Shown: positions 9,209-19,480, counted from the stretch's first letter. The stretch is DNA of 64,000 nt from an uncultured virus (IMG/VR IMGVR_UViG_3300050020_000041) (IMGVR_UViG_3300050020_000041:1-64000); one strand, 5' to 3'. Translations and numbers: made by a program. The notes: generated by a model not told the origin, from the sequence alone.

Positions 9209-10027
9209 ATGATGGAGAAAGTCATGGCTAAAAAAGGTGCCGCCACAGAAGCGGTTAGAGTGGCCGGAGAAAGTATTTCCTTCGGTCTGATAAAAAGAGT
9301 TGAAGATAGTTGTAGCGCTTCCAGCGAGCAAATGCTGGAAAGATTGCTCGATTTGAGAAACTCGATTGATGAAACATATTTCGAGATGGGTGGCCTGTTC
9401 AGAAAGATTCTTGACAACAAGATTTATCTGGAATTCGGTTTCACGGACTGGAGAAGTTTCGTTGAGGAAAAGCTCGGGTACGGAATAAGGAAAACCCAGT
9501 ACCTTATGCAGATTTATCACTATTTCGCAGTCGAAGTAGCTGATGAAGAAACAATCAGGAAGATATCACCACTTGGTTGGAGCAAATGTAAGGAACTGGT
9601 CGGCGTAGTGGATCCGAAGAATGTTGATGACTGGGTTAAACAGTGTATTAACTTGACTGTCACAGAGGTTTCTCAGAAGGCTGCTGAATTCTTCGCAGAG
9701 AAGAAAGGACTCCCGGCTGAAGCAGCGGAAAAAGCGGCAAGAATGGTTTCGTTTAAGTTGTATGAGGCTCAGGCAGACAACGTTGAAGATGCAATCAAAC
9801 TGGCTGGTGAAGTTTCTGGCTCTGATGTAAGGAGTAACAACCTTTCGTTGGTGGCTCTCGACTATCTCTCGCATAATGCAGGACTGGTAGCGACAGATCC
9901 TGTAATAAAAGCTGGTATGGTCAAGAACTCACTGAAAGCGCTTGAACTCAGTCTCGGCATGAAACTGATTGCAATAGATAAGTCAACAGATCAGGTAGTG
10001 TTCGGTCAGGAGTATGTTACTGCATAA
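9209..10027 (+). CDS. Hypothetical helical (probable DNA-binding) protein
   Basis: YFEMGGLF...GFTDWRSFVEEKLGYGIRKTQYLMQIY resembles phage HTH-containing hypotheticals. Confidence 0.5.
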   Translation: MMEKVMAKKGAATEAVRVAGESISFGLIKRVEDSCSASSEQMLERLLDLRNSIDETYFEMGGLFRKILDNKIYLEFGFTDWRSFVEEKLGYGIRKTQYLMQIYHYFAVEVADEETIRKISPLGWSKCKELVGVVDPKNVDDWVKQCINLTVTEVSQKAAEFFAEKKGLPAEAAEKAARMVSFKLYEAQADNVEDAIKLAGEVSGSDVRSNNLSLVALDYLSHNAGLVATDPVIKAGMVKNSLKALELSLGMKLIAIDKSTDQVVFGQEYVTA

Positions 10028-10041
10028 TTAAAATATGGGAC

Positions 10042-10062
10042 GGGCATGCATTTTGCATGTCC
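10042..10062 (+). terminator. Stem-loop, possible terminator ending the recombination block
   Basis: gggcatgca-ttt-tgcatgtcc. Confidence 0.35.
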
Positions 10063-10106
10063 TAACCATAACACTCTATTTAACATAAAGTTGGACAACT
10101 GATAAT

Positions 10107-11261
10107 ATGGTGATGAATTTATTCAATGATGAAGCTTTGAAAACAAAGGCAGAGATTAAGAGCGATAAACTGAAAGAACTTGAAATAAAGGAAGCTGAAA
10201 AGCTCATCCATGAGAACGAGAAAAAAAGAATGAAAGATTTAGCGGACTCAATTAACGATTCAGCATTCTGGATGTCTTATTGCGGTATGCAGAAGGCGGT
10301 CAGGCAATGCGATGTTGAGAGATCCACAAGATTAGCATTCGTAGCATGGATAAAAAACCCGTGGTTCATGTATAGACGCCTCCACACGATTTTAGTAGAG
10401 GATATTGGCGGAGCAAATCCGGAATTGATTCTGGAGTTCGCTGATTTCCGTAAGAATGGAAGGTCGTATAAGAACTGGTCTGACATGGCTTGGATGATTG
10501 GCGAATTAGCCACGTCCAAGAAATGCAGGGACGGAGATCTCACGAACAATGCATGGAAGGCATTTACAAGATACGCTGAAAGAGATCCGTACATAAAAGC
10601 TATGAAAGAACGGCATCCGCATATTCAGATGTTCAATAAGCCGGTATTCTCGAATTATTCACGTCCTGAGTTCCCTGAATTTCAGACAGATGAAAACTTG
10701 AAGAGGATTCTGACATACTGCGAATATCAGCAGGATTCATTAGCGGGTGAAGGTCAGGCTTTAAGCGTTCCTTATAATTGTCTCGATAGGCAGAGAAGGG
10801 AAGCGGCTGGATTCACGGTTGAAATAGAAAATAATCTGACATCCCCGTCTCACGGAGAATGGTTCAAGGACATAGTGCCTTATACCGTGCTCGATACCCA
10901 TGCTGCACATGGAAAAAAGACGATGGATATCTGGAAGAAAAAAGTAAAAGAAAGAGAGCCCGAGTTTAAGGACTACTTCGGAATCGATGAGGAGAACCTG
11001 CCGATATTGCTATTCTTTATGGAGGGAGCGAAATGCAGTCAGGATTTTAATTTTGGCGGATTTAGAGATCCTATCATGCGCTTCATAGCTTATGCCAGAG
11101 GATTGAAACCAGAGATTCCGTTCGAGGAATTTGAAATAGCATTCCACGAAAGGATGCTGGTCCCGTTGAAAGGGCTGAGAACATGGGTGTTCAATAAGTT
11201 TTATGGTAAGGTAGTTGACAATATTTGGGAAACGATAGGAAAAATGAAGGACTTTGAATGA
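10107..11261 (+). CDS. Hypothetical protein with RarA/MgsA C-terminal-like helical domain
   Basis: MQKAVRQCD...YRRLHTILVEDIG...LD.H resembles the MgsA/RarA C-terminal SxLQKxIR...RRL..I..EDIG pattern; no P-loop. Confidence 0.45.
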   Translation: MVMNLFNDEALKTKAEIKSDKLKELEIKEAEKLIHENEKKRMKDLADSINDSAFWMSYCGMQKAVRQCDVERSTRLAFVAWIKNPWFMYRRLHTILVEDIGGANPELILEFADFRKNGRSYKNWSDMAWMIGELATSKKCRDGDLTNNAWKAFTRYAERDPYIKAMKERHPHIQMFNKPVFSNYSRPEFPEFQTDENLKRILTYCEYQQDSLAGEGQALSVPYNCLDRQRREAAGFTVEIENNLTSPSHGEWFKDIVPYTVLDTHAAHGKKTMDIWKKKVKEREPEFKDYFGIDEENLPILLFFMEGAKCSQDFNFGGFRDPIMRFIAYARGLKPEIPFEEFEIAFHERMLVPLKGLRTWVFNKFYGKVVDNIWETIGKMKDFE

Positions 11262-12739
11262 GAATTCTGTTCGTACCGGTGTTCAATTATCCGAATAATC
11301 TGAATGCCGACAGTATATATCTGATCAGCGGTGATTGGTGCAGGGCGTTATGCGAGGCAGATGAAAATATTTCGATATACAGACTGCTTCCTGAGCCTAA
11401 TAATCTTGAAGACAAATTCAAGAAGTTCATTTACAGATATGAACCAGTGCATCCAAGAGTGCATGACATTTTTGTACCCATGTATAGTCGATATGACATG
11501 GAAGAAGTAAACTGCCCGATTGATACCTTCAAGAGATTTCATCCGGTGCTGGGAGAATTCCCGGTGGACGCGGTGATAACCACATCAGCAATCAAGACCG
11601 TATTCGTAAAAAGAATCCTTTTAGTAGGCGGCGGCGAAACATACCCACCTGCGTTCTTTAATTTCGAACTGCTCATGCGAAGCAATTATTCGAATGAAGT
11701 CTCGAAAGTATCCGATGATGAGCTTATGCTTCAGAGTGCGGGAGAAACGATGGGATATAATTTATTGGAAAGCCCGATGTGTAGAAGGATGGCCATTACA
11801 ACAGCGAAGTCATTCGTGGCTCCCTCGCTGATAAAAGGAATCATAAAGAACTCAGCACTCGTTTTCTCCGGATATAATGAAACCTTCGATCCAGCGACAA
11901 TCGTGAAAAATGAAAGGTTCACGTTAATGCTAAGAGGAAGGCTCACCGGCAGTAAGCATGTCGATCAGATCCTTGATTTGTATAATAAGTTTTATGCGGC
12001 TGGACGCAAAATCGATATTCAGATTACGACGGGTGATGTTATGATGAGAAGCATCGTCACCGAAGAGTTAATTAAGAATGATGCAATCCAGGTTCTGCGG
12101 CTGGAGTCGAGAGAAGAAGCGTTGAGAGTAATGGAAAAGGCTCACGCCTTCCTTTTCTGGAGTTCACATGAACTCTTTGCTGTCTCCGTATGGGAAATGC
12201 TCGCAGCGGGGCTTATCGGAGTTTTTAAGAGGGAAGATTGGCATAAAGGGTTACTGCCTGACGATTATCCTTATCAGTTTGATACTTTCTTGGAAGCGTA
12301 TCAGATGCTCAGCCACATTTACGAGAACTACGATAAGGTAAAAGAGGAATTGACTTGGGTGCCGGGATGGGTGAAAGAAAGATACCATTACGAGAATACC
12401 ACGAGGACAGCAGCTAAAATAATCAGGGACAATGTCCCGACTAGGAAACCAAGAGGTTGGCTACCTGAAATGATGATTAAGCATGGTAAAGATGAAATGA
12501 CATTGATTGATGCAATGAAAGTGATTGAAGAAAATTCAGAAATGGGTAAGAGTATTCTGGCTGGATATAATCCGTCCAGAGTACACAGAAGCGTTGGAAT
12601 AAGTGAGATAGCGAATGCGTTAGAACAGAATGGATATTATGATGTATTGACGGATAGACAACCGATGTATAAAAAAAGAGCTACGAATGAAAATACCACA
12701 GCGGTATCTGGTGAACTTTCTACTGGCGAAAGCCAATGA
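11258..12739 (+). CDS. GT-B fold glycosyltransferase
   Basis: MRILFVP start; RGRL...K, AHAFLFWSSHELFAVSVWEMLAAG (EX7E motif), LPDDYPY. Confidence 0.75.
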   Translation: MRILFVPVFNYPNNLNADSIYLISGDWCRALCEADENISIYRLLPEPNNLEDKFKKFIYRYEPVHPRVHDIFVPMYSRYDMEEVNCPIDTFKRFHPVLGEFPVDAVITTSAIKTVFVKRILLVGGGETYPPAFFNFELLMRSNYSNEVSKVSDDELMLQSAGETMGYNLLESPMCRRMAITTAKSFVAPSLIKGIIKNSALVFSGYNETFDPATIVKNERFTLMLRGRLTGSKHVDQILDLYNKFYAAGRKIDIQITTGDVMMRSIVTEELIKNDAIQVLRLESREEALRVMEKAHAFLFWSSHELFAVSVWEMLAAGLIGVFKREDWHKGLLPDDYPYQFDTFLEAYQMLSHIYENYDKVKEELTWVPGWVKERYHYENTTRTAAKIIRDNVPTRKPRGWLPEMMIKHGKDEMTLIDAMKVIEENSEMGKSILAGYNPSRVHRSVGISEIANALEQNGYYDVLTDRQPMYKKRATNENTTAVSGELSTGESQ

Positions 12740-14204
12740 CGATATTAAGGTTATCGAAGAAGCGGGGACAAAGCCCGGAATAATAGAGGTTGCATGGTTA
12801 AGGGGAACTCAGTCACTACTGACGGTTCTTGTAGGCTTGAATCAGGCTGATCAGGACTCGTATTTCTACGTGATACTTGGGTACAAACCGAAAGACCATG
12901 ACATTAAACCCGGATTATATGTCGATAACAAGCGCTCACGATGGTCATGGATTCTTATCCCTGACGAAGGCGGTTCGTTCGACTATAATCTGGTGACCTC
13001 CGTATGGAACAAGCAGAATGTTGCCATGTTCGGGGACATTCAGGGAAAGGGCAAGCTATCGCTTCCGATAGATGCCGTTATAGGGGTGAGTCCGCAGTAC
13101 GCACAAGACCTTTCAATGATTTTTTCCAGTACAATCAGAACAATGCCCGGAATATCCAGACATGATACCGGTGTTGTCGAAGAGTGGGGCAGGGCGGGAA
13201 AGAGTCTGATCAAAACCGAATCCATTGTAGCCGTCAATCTGGGTACGTGGCATGTCTTCCTGTCCAATGGGCAGATGAAGGATTATGTCACTACGTTGGT
13301 AAGACCGTTCCTTAGTCCAGCGACATACCGGAAATGGATCGAAAGATGTTATGTAAGGCAGAACGGACTAAGCATTTCAGATATCGATAGCATCGTTGGT
13401 CCTTTAAGCACCGACCGAGGCAGAAGCGTCGGACATTTCTACCGAATAGGAGAACTCAAAAAGTCAGCACCGGTCTTCGAGCTTTACGAAAAGTTATATA
13501 TGCTTCGTAAGGTGAACAAGATTATCGTAACAACCCAGTCGGAATATGAAGTGAAAGATGTATTCCCGAGTGGCGTTCCTCATATCCTTGATTTCACAGC
13601 CGAATGCAGGAGAGATGTTTATCTGAAGAAGATGAGCCAGACTGCAGTGGCTATTTTTAATTCCCGCGTTGAATCAGCCCCGACCGCTCCGATAGAAGCG
13701 GCGGCTGTAGGATGCATCCCGTTATTGGCTAATTGTACTTGGGTTAATGATACCTTCGGCGCTCATGGATGGAAGTTCATTTACAATTCGATGGATGAAG
13801 CTGCCAAGATGATTGAGGATATTTTCCAGCATTACGAAGAGTACGCCAAGTACGCCAGGGAATTTGTAATCCAGTATTACAATGCTAATGTCAAGGGCGC
13901 GGAGTTCATGTCTTTAATAAGAGGCATCTCGGAAGGGGAGAACACAATCCTGAGAATGTCGGACGATCAGTTCGAACACTTCTGCGATGAATCCAAGCTG
14001 GTAGACTCACTGAAATTTGTAGAGGGACATGAAGGAGTTTCCTGGGACGAAGTAAATACGAAGTTATATATGCCTCGCAACCGCTTAGGGAAGCCAGTAG
14101 TGCTCACAAAATATGATGTACCGGCAATTCTGATTAGGAAATTCAATCTGTGGGACGATCTGAAAAGTCCGTATCCGTTTTATGAATCATGGTCGGAGGC
14201 GTAA
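12687..14204 (+). CDS. GT-B fold glycosyltransferase
   Basis: AVAIFNSRVESAPTAPIEAAAVGCIPL EX7E motif; paralogous to neighbours. Confidence 0.7.
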   Translation: MKIPQRYLVNFLLAKANDDIKVIEEAGTKPGIIEVAWLRGTQSLLTVLVGLNQADQDSYFYVILGYKPKDHDIKPGLYVDNKRSRWSWILIPDEGGSFDYNLVTSVWNKQNVAMFGDIQGKGKLSLPIDAVIGVSPQYAQDLSMIFSSTIRTMPGISRHDTGVVEEWGRAGKSLIKTESIVAVNLGTWHVFLSNGQMKDYVTTLVRPFLSPATYRKWIERCYVRQNGLSISDIDSIVGPLSTDRGRSVGHFYRIGELKKSAPVFELYEKLYMLRKVNKIIVTTQSEYEVKDVFPSGVPHILDFTAECRRDVYLKKMSQTAVAIFNSRVESAPTAPIEAAAVGCIPLLANCTWVNDTFGAHGWKFIYNSMDEAAKMIEDIFQHYEEYAKYAREFVIQYYNANVKGAEFMSLIRGISEGENTILRMSDDQFEHFCDESKLVDSLKFVEGHEGVSWDEVNTKLYMPRNRLGKPVVLTKYDVPAILIRKFNLWDDLKSPYPFYESWSEA

Positions 14205-14920
14205 TGAAAGTATTATTGTTAGCGCCTCATGCAGATGATGAATTGCTGGGGGCTGGCGGGATGTTGCTCCGGATGAAGAATGAAGGTCACGAAGTATTAT
14301 GTGTCCTGGTGGCTTTATCTGATATTCAAATGAACGGTGTCGGTCTGGTTACAAGGGGGACGAGAGGAACTGAGTTTATAAATTCCTGCAAAGTGCTTTG
14401 TACCGAGAAACCCGTCCTGTTGAACTACATCGACTCGAAGCTGGATACAGTTCCCATCAGTGGCATCATTAAAGATCTGGAAGGTGTAATTGAGTTCTTC
14501 CATCCCGACATAGTGCTTATCCCCGAGCCATCGTTTCATCAGGACCATCAGGTCGTGCATAGAGCCGGTATTGCGGCATTAAGACCAATGGGAATCTGGC
14601 AACCAAGTCAGATACTGCTTTATGAAGTACCAAATTCAAGATGGCATAATGCTGAGACAGCGTTCACTCCGAACTATTATGTGGACATACATGATACTAT
14701 CGAGGAGAAGAAGCGTCTGTTCAAGGATGCGTATGCCTCACAGCTAAGATTTATCGTTAGAAATGAAACCGGTATAGAAACTCAGGCTCGATACAGAGGC
14801 TATGAAGCTGGATGTGAATATGCGGAGGCATTTTATTTGCTGAAGGAAGTCAGAAGATGCGCAACAAGTAGAAAAGATTTAATAGATCAGATAATAAAAC
14901 CAAGGGTGGAGAAATGTTAA
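14204..14920 (+). CDS. PIG-L/LmbE family N-acetylhexosamine deacetylase
   Basis: LAPHADDE, HQDH, YEVP, PNYYVDI, YASQ, AEAF motifs; TAATG coupling. Confidence 0.9.
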   Translation: MKVLLLAPHADDELLGAGGMLLRMKNEGHEVLCVLVALSDIQMNGVGLVTRGTRGTEFINSCKVLCTEKPVLLNYIDSKLDTVPISGIIKDLEGVIEFFHPDIVLIPEPSFHQDHQVVHRAGIAALRPMGIWQPSQILLYEVPNSRWHNAETAFTPNYYVDIHDTIEEKKRLFKDAYASQLRFIVRNETGIETQARYRGYEAGCEYAEAFYLLKEVRRCATSRKDLIDQIIKPRVEKC

Positions 14921-16032
14921 AGGAAATAGTATTTGTACCGATCAGACAGAAAGATCAGCTCGTAACAAGCATATCGAAATTTGCTCAGCTGGAAGCCAAC
15001 ATCCTGAAGACTAAGTATAAGCTGATAATAGCGGGCACTTATGAGGACTGGCAGGTAGAAGGAGTCGAATATACCAACACGGTGTTCACCACGAAAGATT
15101 ATGCATTAGGCGGATGGTCGGAGAGATGGAACCAGTTGGCAAAATATGTCAACAATGATAGACTGTTTTATTTCCATTCGCCGTTCCCCTGTCTGGAGTT
15201 TTACAACCATACGTTTGTGAAGGGTTTCGTATTTCCGAAGATCATGCTGAGATTACATGGTGGTCCGGGTGAAGTAGCGGGCATGGCGGCATTGTATTCG
15301 GCTCTGTTACCCTCGATGTTATTTCCGACTCTGATGGGGAGTAAGGCGGCAGTTGCTAATCAGAAGAAATATTTGCTCAAGGCAGGCATAGTGCCAGCTA
15401 AGTTTGGCAAGGACTGGTATGTTCATCACCCAGCGCCGATATATCTGGACGAAATTGACAAAGCTGAAGCAGTCCCAGAAGAATTTCCCACGATACAGTT
15501 GGCAACGATTCATATGTATCCGGTTATAGTAAGACCTGATAGGCTGCTGCCCGTTATGCAGAAGTTGTATGAATCGGGTGTGAACTTCAAGGGCGTATTG
15601 AATATCGTAGACGAATACGGAGCTGATGATTTCAAGAACCTTCCGTACCTGTTGTATAACAACAAGCCAGAAAGAGAAAAATATTATAGCGAGATAAAAA
15701 GCCGGCATATCTTCCTGTGCTTCTACGCTTACCATACGGGCGGAGTTACGTTCCTTGAAATGATTTATGCGGGCATGGTGGGAGTATTCTGGGAAGCTGA
15801 GTACGTTCATGAGAAACTGCCCGGATATCCGTTCATAGTAAAGACAGAGAATGAAGCAGTCGCAATGATTAAATGGATTATCGACAATTTCGATGAAGCT
15901 AAAGCGAAAATGGAGCCGTTTAAGAAATACATAAAAGATCAGTACAACCCGGATGCCTGGGGGAACAGATTGTTAGAAGTTGTGAAAGATGTGGAAACCA
16001 AATTATTCAAGAGAGGAAACGATGAAGTGTAA
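14914..16032 (+). CDS. GT-B fold glycosyltransferase (divergent)
   Basis: HIFLCFYAYHTGGVTFLEMIYAGMVGVF and LPGYPFIV parallel the 11258 protein. Confidence 0.6.
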   Translation: MLKEIVFVPIRQKDQLVTSISKFAQLEANILKTKYKLIIAGTYEDWQVEGVEYTNTVFTTKDYALGGWSERWNQLAKYVNNDRLFYFHSPFPCLEFYNHTFVKGFVFPKIMLRLHGGPGEVAGMAALYSALLPSMLFPTLMGSKAAVANQKKYLLKAGIVPAKFGKDWYVHHPAPIYLDEIDKAEAVPEEFPTIQLATIHMYPVIVRPDRLLPVMQKLYESGVNFKGVLNIVDEYGADDFKNLPYLLYNNKPEREKYYSEIKSRHIFLCFYAYHTGGVTFLEMIYAGMVGVFWEAEYVHEKLPGYPFIVKTENEAVAMIKWIIDNFDEAKAKMEPFKKYIKDQYNPDAWGNRLLEVVKDVETKLFKRGNDEV

Positions 16033-17377
16033 AAGATTTGTACTATGGAGTGGCGGAGCGGATTCGACGTATCTGATTTATAAGAGCCTTCAGGATGGCT
16101 ATGAGGTAACGGCGGGCTATGCGGAGATTATGAACAATACTGATAAAACCAAAATGGAACTTGCAGCAATCGAACTGATGCTTCCATTTTTCAATGCTTT
16201 CCCGGATTTTCGTTATGTCGGTCCGGCGGCAAAGACATCCTTGGAGCATCATCCGAGTTCCGGAGTGGTATTCTGGCAGTTACCGACGTGGTTATTCACC
16301 CTTCAGTTTATGAGGGGAGACTACGATGAGCTGGCAATCGGATATGTTATGAATGATGATGCTATATCGTACTTGAACGAGATAGAGGCGTGGTACAAGG
16401 CTGGCAGACCATTTTCGAAATGCGAGGAAGAAAGGGATGCAAAATTAGTATTCCCGCTGTCGAAGTTTAAGAAGGATGAAGGTCTAAGAGGACTGCCGGA
16501 GAATATCAAGTCTCTAACGGTCTGGTGCGAAAGTCCGGAGTTTGATGAAGGAACTCAGAAATGGCTGGCATGCAGAAGATGTCACACTTGCACAGCCCAA
16601 AAAGATTACAGACCGGATGAAACCTTTGTGAAGTCGAAAGCTTTGAAAGACTATAAACTGGGAGATCCGGTGTTAGAGGAACCAGTAATTGATGTTTCAG
16701 AAAAGGTGGACGAAAGAGAGGATAAACAGCTCGACCTTAGAAAAATGCGGGCGAAGTTGATCCTAACGGAGAAGGAAGCCTTCAAGTTCAATCCGCACGT
16801 TGAAGAAGTCCCCCCAGTTCAGCCATACGTCGAGGAGGAAGATTTTATCGAGACGTTACATACAGCAAAGCTGAAATCAAAGTTCACGCATGAAGAGTCG
16901 GCAGATCTGGTCGATATACTCGGGACGCCGGAAGAGAAAGAGTGGATAGTTAACAAGAACGTAATCGAAACAGCCAGGGACATTGTGGAGTATGAACTGA
17001 TTACCAGAACGACTCCGACTAGTCCCCAGCTTGTTGAGATTTACGAGAGAATCGACAAAGCGTTAAAGAATATGAAGTTCCCCAAGGTACCGACTTTTGC
17101 AAGGACAAATTTCTTCAAGGGAAGTCCGGAGGACGGAGAATTACCAAAGATGACTCTGGTAGCGAAGGGCGGCAAAATATCGGTAGTGGAAACAGATAAG
17201 TTACACGAGGCGTTCGATGCCAAGGATGATATAAAATTCATAGAGCCGGTGCTGGCAGAAGAATTCAAACTGAAGGGAGACTATAAATTAGATGATGCTG
17301 TTAATCTGGCAATCGACGGCGAGAACATAGAAGAAATAGTAACGCAAGTACCATTATTGGAGGTCCAATGTCATTAG
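16022..17377 (+). CDS. QueC-like PP-loop ATPase with long acidic C-terminal extension
   Basis: VLWSGGADS PP-loop; FPL...K; TVWC...CRRCHTC zinc motif; about 250 extra C-terminal residues. Confidence 0.7.
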   Translation: MKCKRFVLWSGGADSTYLIYKSLQDGYEVTAGYAEIMNNTDKTKMELAAIELMLPFFNAFPDFRYVGPAAKTSLEHHPSSGVVFWQLPTWLFTLQFMRGDYDELAIGYVMNDDAISYLNEIEAWYKAGRPFSKCEEERDAKLVFPLSKFKKDEGLRGLPENIKSLTVWCESPEFDEGTQKWLACRRCHTCTAQKDYRPDETFVKSKALKDYKLGDPVLEEPVIDVSEKVDEREDKQLDLRKMRAKLILTEKEAFKFNPHVEEVPPVQPYVEEEDFIETLHTAKLKSKFTHEESADLVDILGTPEEKEWIVNKNVIETARDIVEYELITRTTPTSPQLVEIYERIDKALKNMKFPKVPTFARTNFFKGSPEDGELPKMTLVAKGGKISVVETDKLHEAFDAKDDIKFIEPVLAEEFKLKGDYKLDDAVNLAIDGENIEEIVTQVPLLEVQCH

Positions 17378-17802
17378 AACCGATTGAAATGATGCAAAGT
17401 ATAGCCCTGAGAGATGCGTTCTTCCATTATCTGAAAGAACATGGCAAGGAAGTTAAATGGCAATGGCTATGTGAATGGGAATTTACAGACGAATATAAGT
17501 TCGGCAGATTATGTCACGCTGAAGACCGCTCTAAAATAATGGGAGTCAAGTTGGAAACAGACAGAATGCTGGCTATGCTCGATTTGCATCGTGAGGACGG
17601 CTTCCTTCATTGCATAAGGGAAGTATGCGAGGCATTACTGGATGAATTAAATGAAATCTTCGAAGGGCAATCGATAAGAATATTGGATATCAAGTTATCA
17701 GAGCCGGTTATAACGACGCCGCTATTCGTAGATAATGATCTGCCCGAGCACCAAGTAAGAACAAAACAGTTTATTTTTATAAAATATAGGACAAGAATAT
17801 GA
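17368..17802 (+). CDS. Hypothetical protein
   Basis: 144-aa ORF with GGAGG RBS. Confidence 0.55.
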   Translation: MSLEPIEMMQSIALRDAFFHYLKEHGKEVKWQWLCEWEFTDEYKFGRLCHAEDRSKIMGVKLETDRMLAMLDLHREDGFLHCIREVCEALLDELNEIFEGQSIRILDIKLSEPVITTPLFVDNDLPEHQVRTKQFIFIKYRTRI

Positions 17803-18542
17803 GCGAGAACATAGTTGACGGCATGACTAAAATAGTTCAGCTGGACGTAGATCTGATAGATGAGAACGAATGGAATCCAAATTTGATGAGTGATGCCAAG
17901 TTTAACAAGTTAACAGAAGAAATTGAAACCATGGGAATGATGGATCCGATTCAGGTAGTTCCTTTGGAAAATGGCAGATACCGAATACTCGGTGGAGCGC
18001 ATAGGTTCAACGCCTGTTTAATATTAGGCTTTGAGAAAATACCAGCGATTATACTGGATGATCCGAAATTCCAGGATCTTGACTACCAGAAACTTTTGAC
18101 AACCCGATTAAATTTGATCCATGGTAAAATGACTCGGGATAAATTCAGTGCGTTATATGAAGACCTAGCCAAACGGCATTCCGACGAAGTTATCCGGGAC
18201 TCGATGGCTCTTATCGATAAAAACGAATGGGATCAGATGAAGAAAGAATTACTGATTAACATGAAGGAGCTTCTACCGCCAGGTTCACCGTTACTTGATA
18301 ACTTCGAGGACACAGTGAAGGAACTTAGAACCCTTGATGATATGACAAAATTATTGGAAAGCATATTCCATAAAAAAGAGAAAGGGGAGAAGTTCAATAA
18401 GATCCTCGCATTCGGAACTGGTGGCGGTAAGGTCGTATACTTCTCCATAGATGATGAAATATGGGGAGCTTTACAGAAGTTAAAGTCTATAGCTGACACT
18501 ACCGACATCAAGATGGATGAAATTCTTGATAAAGCTATGTAA
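17799..18542 (+). CDS. ParB/Srx-like N-terminal domain protein
   Basis: NEWNPN, GMMDPIQV, YRILGGAHRF. Confidence 0.85.
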   Translation: MSENIVDGMTKIVQLDVDLIDENEWNPNLMSDAKFNKLTEEIETMGMMDPIQVVPLENGRYRILGGAHRFNACLILGFEKIPAIILDDPKFQDLDYQKLLTTRLNLIHGKMTRDKFSALYEDLAKRHSDEVIRDSMALIDKNEWDQMKKELLINMKELLPPGSPLLDNFEDTVKELRTLDDMTKLLESIFHKKEKGEKFNKILAFGTGGGKVVYFSIDDEIWGALQKLKSIADTTDIKMDEILDKAM

Positions 18543-18654
18543 TGCACTTAGATTCGAAAGACGCATATTCCCGTGGATTGCGTCTTCTTGATTTAGCCAG
18601 CCCTTCCCGGTGTTCTTACCGGTCTGATACCTGCAAGCCTCAATGATAATACTG

Positions 18655-18690
18655 ACAAATAGATTTATTCACACGACGAAATTGATTGCA
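18655..18690 (-). repeat. Bipartite intergenic element, copy 1
   Basis: Minus strand reads TGCAATCAATTTC-gtcgtgtga-ATAAATCTATTTGT. Confidence 0.65.
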
Positions 18691-18697
18691 GGATAAT

Positions 18698-19435
18698 ATG
18701 ATTGACCACGATATACGATTTGTAGCGATAACACAGATAGAGGAGAACGAATTTAATCCGAATTCCATGGATGGCAAGGCATTCGAGAGATTACTTAAAG
18801 AAATACAGACATCCGGATTTATTGCAGCCATACAGGTCGTACCGTTGGATAATGGGAAATTCAGGATTATAGGCGGAGCACACCGATATAAAGCCGCCCT
18901 GAAACTGGGTTTTCATGAACTTCCCTGCGTGGTGCTGGCAGATGCTCAGTTCAAGTCAGAGGACGTACAAAAATTCTTGACAGTGAAACTTAACATGCTG
19001 TCGGGAGAATTAGATCCTGACAAATTCCGAATCTTATATGAGGAAATGGCTGAGAAGTACGGAGAAGAATCGTTACAGGACCTCTTCGGATTCACTGATG
19101 AGACTGAATGGGAGGCGGTAACCAAGGCTATTAAGAGAGAATTAAAAGATAACGGCTTCACGGAAGAGCAAATTGACAAGGCATGGGAAGAAGCTGGCGA
19201 AGATAAGTCCATAGAGAATTTAAGTCGCATCCTGAATGGGATATTTTCAGAGAACGGGGAAACCCTGAATAGCCGTGGCTACATGATATTCGATTTCGAG
19301 GGGAGCAAGATGTTTTTCATGGATGTGGACAAGAAAGTATTCAAGTTTTTTGATGAGATGCAGATCAACGAAGATCCAGCGCAGTTGAACGGAAAATTAT
19401 TAGAAGTATTGCAGAAGGCAGCCGGCAATAGCTAG
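18698..19435 (+). CDS. ParB/Srx-like N-terminal domain protein (paralog)
   Basis: NEFNPN, IQVVPLDNGKFRIIGGAHRY; alignable over its full length with the 17799 ORF. Confidence 0.85.
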   Translation: MIDHDIRFVAITQIEENEFNPNSMDGKAFERLLKEIQTSGFIAAIQVVPLDNGKFRIIGGAHRYKAALKLGFHELPCVVLADAQFKSEDVQKFLTVKLNMLSGELDPDKFRILYEEMAEKYGEESLQDLFGFTDETEWEAVTKAIKRELKDNGFTEEQIDKAWEEAGEDKSIENLSRILNGIFSENGETLNSRGYMIFDFEGSKMFFMDVDKKVFKFFDEMQINEDPAQLNGKLLEVLQKAAGNS

Positions 19436-19480
19436 GCCGAAACGATGGGCAGATTTTTGAACTAACGATGGGATTGGGCT

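Noticed and set aside
19441..19472. Direct repeat AACGATGGG x2 upstream of the GT2-kinase gene
   Set aside because: Only 9 bp and two copies; could be an operator but the support is insufficient.
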